The notes under the pieces are model-generated. The model searched no databases, was not told where the DNA came from, and saw only the letters and a program-made list of their open reading frames with translations. Both the position numbers and the translations under genes were made by a program. 10,836 bases of DNA from Promethearchaeota archaeon (GTDB taxonomy: Archaea > Asgardarchaeota > Lokiarchaeia > Sigyniarchaeales > SOKP01), in contig JBHLNS010000075.1 in NCBI GenBank assembly GCA_048941285.1, positions 1-10,836 on the forward strand, written 5' to 3'. Of the stretch, positions 8,820 through 10,836 are shown piece after piece (the stretch's first letter is position 1; every line of letters starts with the position of its first letter).

Positions 8820-8978
8820 TTAAGAAAGATTTTTTTCTTTCCATTTTTTTAAGAAGTCTTTAAAATTATTTTCAGTCATTCCCAGGGAATTTAAATCTTC
8901 TTTTTTTATATCATAATCCTTCTCAGTTTTGTTTTTAAAGGATAATTCCCAATCATAATAAGAAACTGCTTTTGACAT
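8820..8978 (-). CDS. Putative 52-aa small protein of unknown function (not in the ORF track)
   Basis: Manual translation, ATG(8978) to TAA(8820): MSKAVSYYDWELSFKNKTEKDYDIKKEDLNSLGMTENNFKDFLKKWKEKNLS. Fills part of a 388-bp gap and converges on the ligase stop with a 7-nt gap. Confidence 0.45.
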   Translation of the reverse strand: MSKAVSYYDWELSFKNKTEKDYDIKKEDLNSLGMTENNFKDFLKKWKEKNLS

Positions 8979-9200
8979 ATTTTTATACTTATATTCTTTA
9001 AAGATAAATGAATACAGAGTCTCAGTTTTCTAATACCTAAAAAATAATACTAAATTGTCTATTAGGATTAAGTTTTATATTCTAAAATACATCAAAAAAA
9101 AAGTTGGTAGCAAAGATATTCAATGGAAAGTTATCGTTATTTTTTAAGAATGAATAAAAGCGCCAAAAATAGTAGCATTTTATCCTTAATTGATAATTAT

Positions 9201-10223
9201 TCAACTTACAATTGAGAACAAGCGTTTAGGACGCCCAGCTTTCTCTCCTTTTATAATGGTTTGTTCAATTAAACCCTCATCAATCAAAAAATCTATGATC
9301 TCTTTTAATTTTGTCCCACCTATCTTGGACTTACTACTCAGGTCTCTAGTTTTAATCTTTTTGGTTTCTTTTATCGTATCTAAAATTTTCTTAATTGGCC
9401 CTGGATATTCAATTTCTATTCTCTTAACTACAGTCAACACTTCTAGGTAATTTTTAGCTTGTTTTGCAAAAGGACTTCGAAAACCGTCGACATGAAAAGT
9501 GATATCTTCTTTGAAGATAATAGAGTTTAAATAATTCTCATCTAAAAGTATATTCCCCATATTTACAATTTCATCATTATATCTGATGACCTGGCAAGTT
9601 TTTTCTTCTGTTTGGATTAAATCTACTTTTATTTTTTTTAATGTATCAGTGATAATTTCAAGATAATTGGATATTTCTTCAAAATCCGCTAATGAAAAAT
9701 AAAATTTGATTTGAATCCCCCTCCTATACGCTTCATAAAGACTAGGTTCTAGTCTTTTTACCATAGAGGGGGGTAATGAGGTTAATATAATTTCGTTCTG
9801 AGTTGTCTCAAATAAATTGTAGAAATTTTCAAAGCCAAGAATTATGTTAGAATAATGATAAAAGCTTATATCTTTCAAACATCGACCAAATTTACTTTCT
9901 TGAGCTTTAAGTTCCTCATCAATTTTAATTATATTATCTTTAAAATTACTAAATTTTTTATTTACTACCTCAGTTAATGCTATTTTTGGATTACTTCTGA
10001 AAAAAATAATTGGCTTCGAATCTGTTGAAGAATTTATGAGGTTTTTCTCTTCTAAATAGAGAAGGTTATGATATACTTGAGTATAAGAATAATTTAATTC
10101 TGTTTTAATATCTTTAATAGTTCCAGATTTATGTCGTAAAAAATATTTGTATATATCTATTTGAATATCAGAAAATCCAATATCCTTAAGAAATGAAAGA
10201 ATGTTTGAGTTCATATTGTACAA
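9201..10223 (-). CDS. TrmB-family transcriptional regulator with N-terminal wHTH, central effector-binding domain and an additional C-terminal wHTH
   Basis: N-term LKDIGFSDIQIDIYKYFL...GTIKDIKTELNYSYTQVYHNLLYLEEKNLI...KPIIF followed by NPKIAL and a helical linker. Central TQNEIILT...EAYRRGIQIK is typical of TrmB effector domains. C-term KILDTIKE...KTRDLSSKSKIGGTKLKEIIDFLIDEGLIEQ...GRPKRLF. Start is either TTG 10223 or ATG 10214. Confidence 0.85.
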   Translation of the reverse strand: MYNMNSNILSFLKDIGFSDIQIDIYKYFLRHKSGTIKDIKTELNYSYTQVYHNLLYLEEKNLINSSTDSKPIIFFRSNPKIALTEVVNKKFSNFKDNIIKIDEELKAQESKFGRCLKDISFYHYSNIILGFENFYNLFETTQNEIILTSLPPSMVKRLEPSLYEAYRRGIQIKFYFSLADFEEISNYLEIITDTLKKIKVDLIQTEEKTCQVIRYNDEIVNMGNILLDENYLNSIIFKEDITFHVDGFRSPFAKQAKNYLEVLTVVKRIEIEYPGPIKKILDTIKETKKIKTRDLSSKSKIGGTKLKEIIDFLIDEGLIEQTIIKGEKAGRPKRLFSIVS

Positions 10224-10253
10224 ATTTTATTATCTTTCTTCGTTGTTAAATTA

Positions 10254-10311
10254 ATTTGTGACATGATATAAATAATTTTTGTAAAACAATAAGTTTCTTA
10301 TTGTCACAAAT
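10254..10311. promoter_or_regulatory. Divergent promoter region with inverted repeats (candidate operators) and a TATA-like element
   Basis: Perfect 10-bp inverted pair ATTTGTGACA (10254-10263) / TGTCACAAAT (10302-10311). Perfect palindrome ACAATAAG-TTT-CTTATTGT (10286-10304). TATAAATA at 10267-10274, which reads CAAAAATTA-TTTATAT (BRE/TATA-like) on the - strand. Confidence 0.55.
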
Positions 10312-10358
10312 AATATGTAATAATAATACATAAAAAATAATTTTGATGTGTTTAAAAA

Positions 10359-10490
10359 ATGGCTCAATGCAAAGATTGTAAATTCTATAAACCTATTGAT
10401 GAAACTAAAGGAGACTGTTTTGGACATGAAGTTCCAGCTACACTTGATACCGCAAACTGCCCTGCTAATTCATTTCAACCTAGAGACTAA
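10359..10490 (+). CDS. 43-aa four-cysteine mini-protein, putative [4Fe-4S]-binding (HpdC/BssC/HiPIP-like module); not in the ORF track
   Basis: Manual translation MAQCKDCKFYKPIDETKGDCFGHEVPATLDTANCPANSFQPRD*, with C4-x2-C7-x12-C20-x13-C34. SD-like GATGTG lies 8 nt upstream. Ends 29 nt before the next ATG. Confidence 0.8.
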   Translation: MAQCKDCKFYKPIDETKGDCFGHEVPATLDTANCPANSFQPRD

Positions 10491-10519
10491 TATTGAATAA
10501 AAAGATAGAGGTGTAAAAA

Positions 10520-10836
10520 ATGCCGACAAAGATCGATTTTAAAAAATCAATGAAAGAATTTTACCAACCCTCCTCAAAAGAAGTAGTAATTATTAAGGTT
10601 CCAGAAATGCAATTTTTAATGATTGATGGGATGGGATCTCCAGGAGACTCAAAAGAATATTTGGACGCTCTTGCTGCTTTATATCCAGTAGCTTTTAAAA
10701 CAAAATTTTTGAGTAAAGCGAAGGGCCAAGATTATGTTGTTCCTCCACTGGAAGGTCTTTGGTGGGCAGATGATATGGATGATTTCACGGAGGGTAATAG
10801 AGATAAATGGAAATGGACTATGATGATAATGCAACC
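10520..10836 (+). CDS. GyrI-like small-molecule-binding domain protein (Lin2189/YtkR7-like), 3'-truncated by the window edge; not in the ORF track
   Basis: GAGGTG at 10508-10513, ATG at 10520, frame open to the window end: MPTKIDFKKSMKEFYQPSSKEVVIIKVPEMQFLMIDGMGSPGDSKEYLDALAALYPVAFKTKFLSKAKGQDYVVPPLEGLWWADDMDDFTEGNRDKWKWTMMIMQ. The KIDFKK, FLMIDGxGxP, DYVVPPLEGLWW and WxWTMMIxQP motifs are characteristic of this family. Confidence 0.88.
   Translation, partial: MPTKIDFKKSMKEFYQPSSKEVVIIKVPEMQFLMIDGMGSPGDSKEYLDALAALYPVAFKTKFLSKAKGQDYVVPPLEGLWWADDMDDFTEGNRDKWKWTMMIMQ

Noticed and set aside
9123-9215. 30-codon + strand ORF MESYRYFLRMNKSAK...
   Set aside because: Very short, overlaps the end of the TrmB-like gene, and has no motif or SD.
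9190-9450. 86-aa + strand ORF
   Set aside because: Antisense to the C-terminal wHTH of the TrmB-like gene.
1-10836. CRISPR arrays, tRNA/rRNA genes, transposases or integrases
   Set aside because: No spaced direct repeats, GC-rich structured RNA segments or mobile-element proteins seen by eye.

Overview
AT-rich prokaryotic window, most likely archaeal. Evidence: BRE/TATA-like promoters, GAGGTG/GGTGA ribosome-binding motifs, T-tract terminators, a TM-anchored substrate-binding protein with several N-glycosylation sequons, and a TrmB-family regulator. Gene content and style would fit an Asgard/Lokiarchaeia-type genome (inference only). On the + strand: the end of a small membrane protein gene, a complete HAAT/Liv-type ABC importer (SBP, LivH, LivM, LivG, LivF), a stand-alone PBS-lyase/HEAT-repeat protein and a FadD-like acyl-CoA ligase. 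On the - strand: a possible 52-aa ORF missing from the ORF track and a TrmB-like regulator with a second, C-terminal winged helix. Divergent from the regulator, across a spacer with two inverted repeats, are two genes missing from the track. The first is a 43-aa four-cysteine mini-protein (CxxC-x12-C-x13-C) resembling one half of the 4Fe-4S small subunit of glycyl-radical 4-hydroxyphenylacetate decarboxylase. The second is the 5' part of a GyrI-like (Lin2189/YtkR7-type) protein. This regulator/operator/mini Fe-S/GyrI-like module is the best candidate for an undescribed system.
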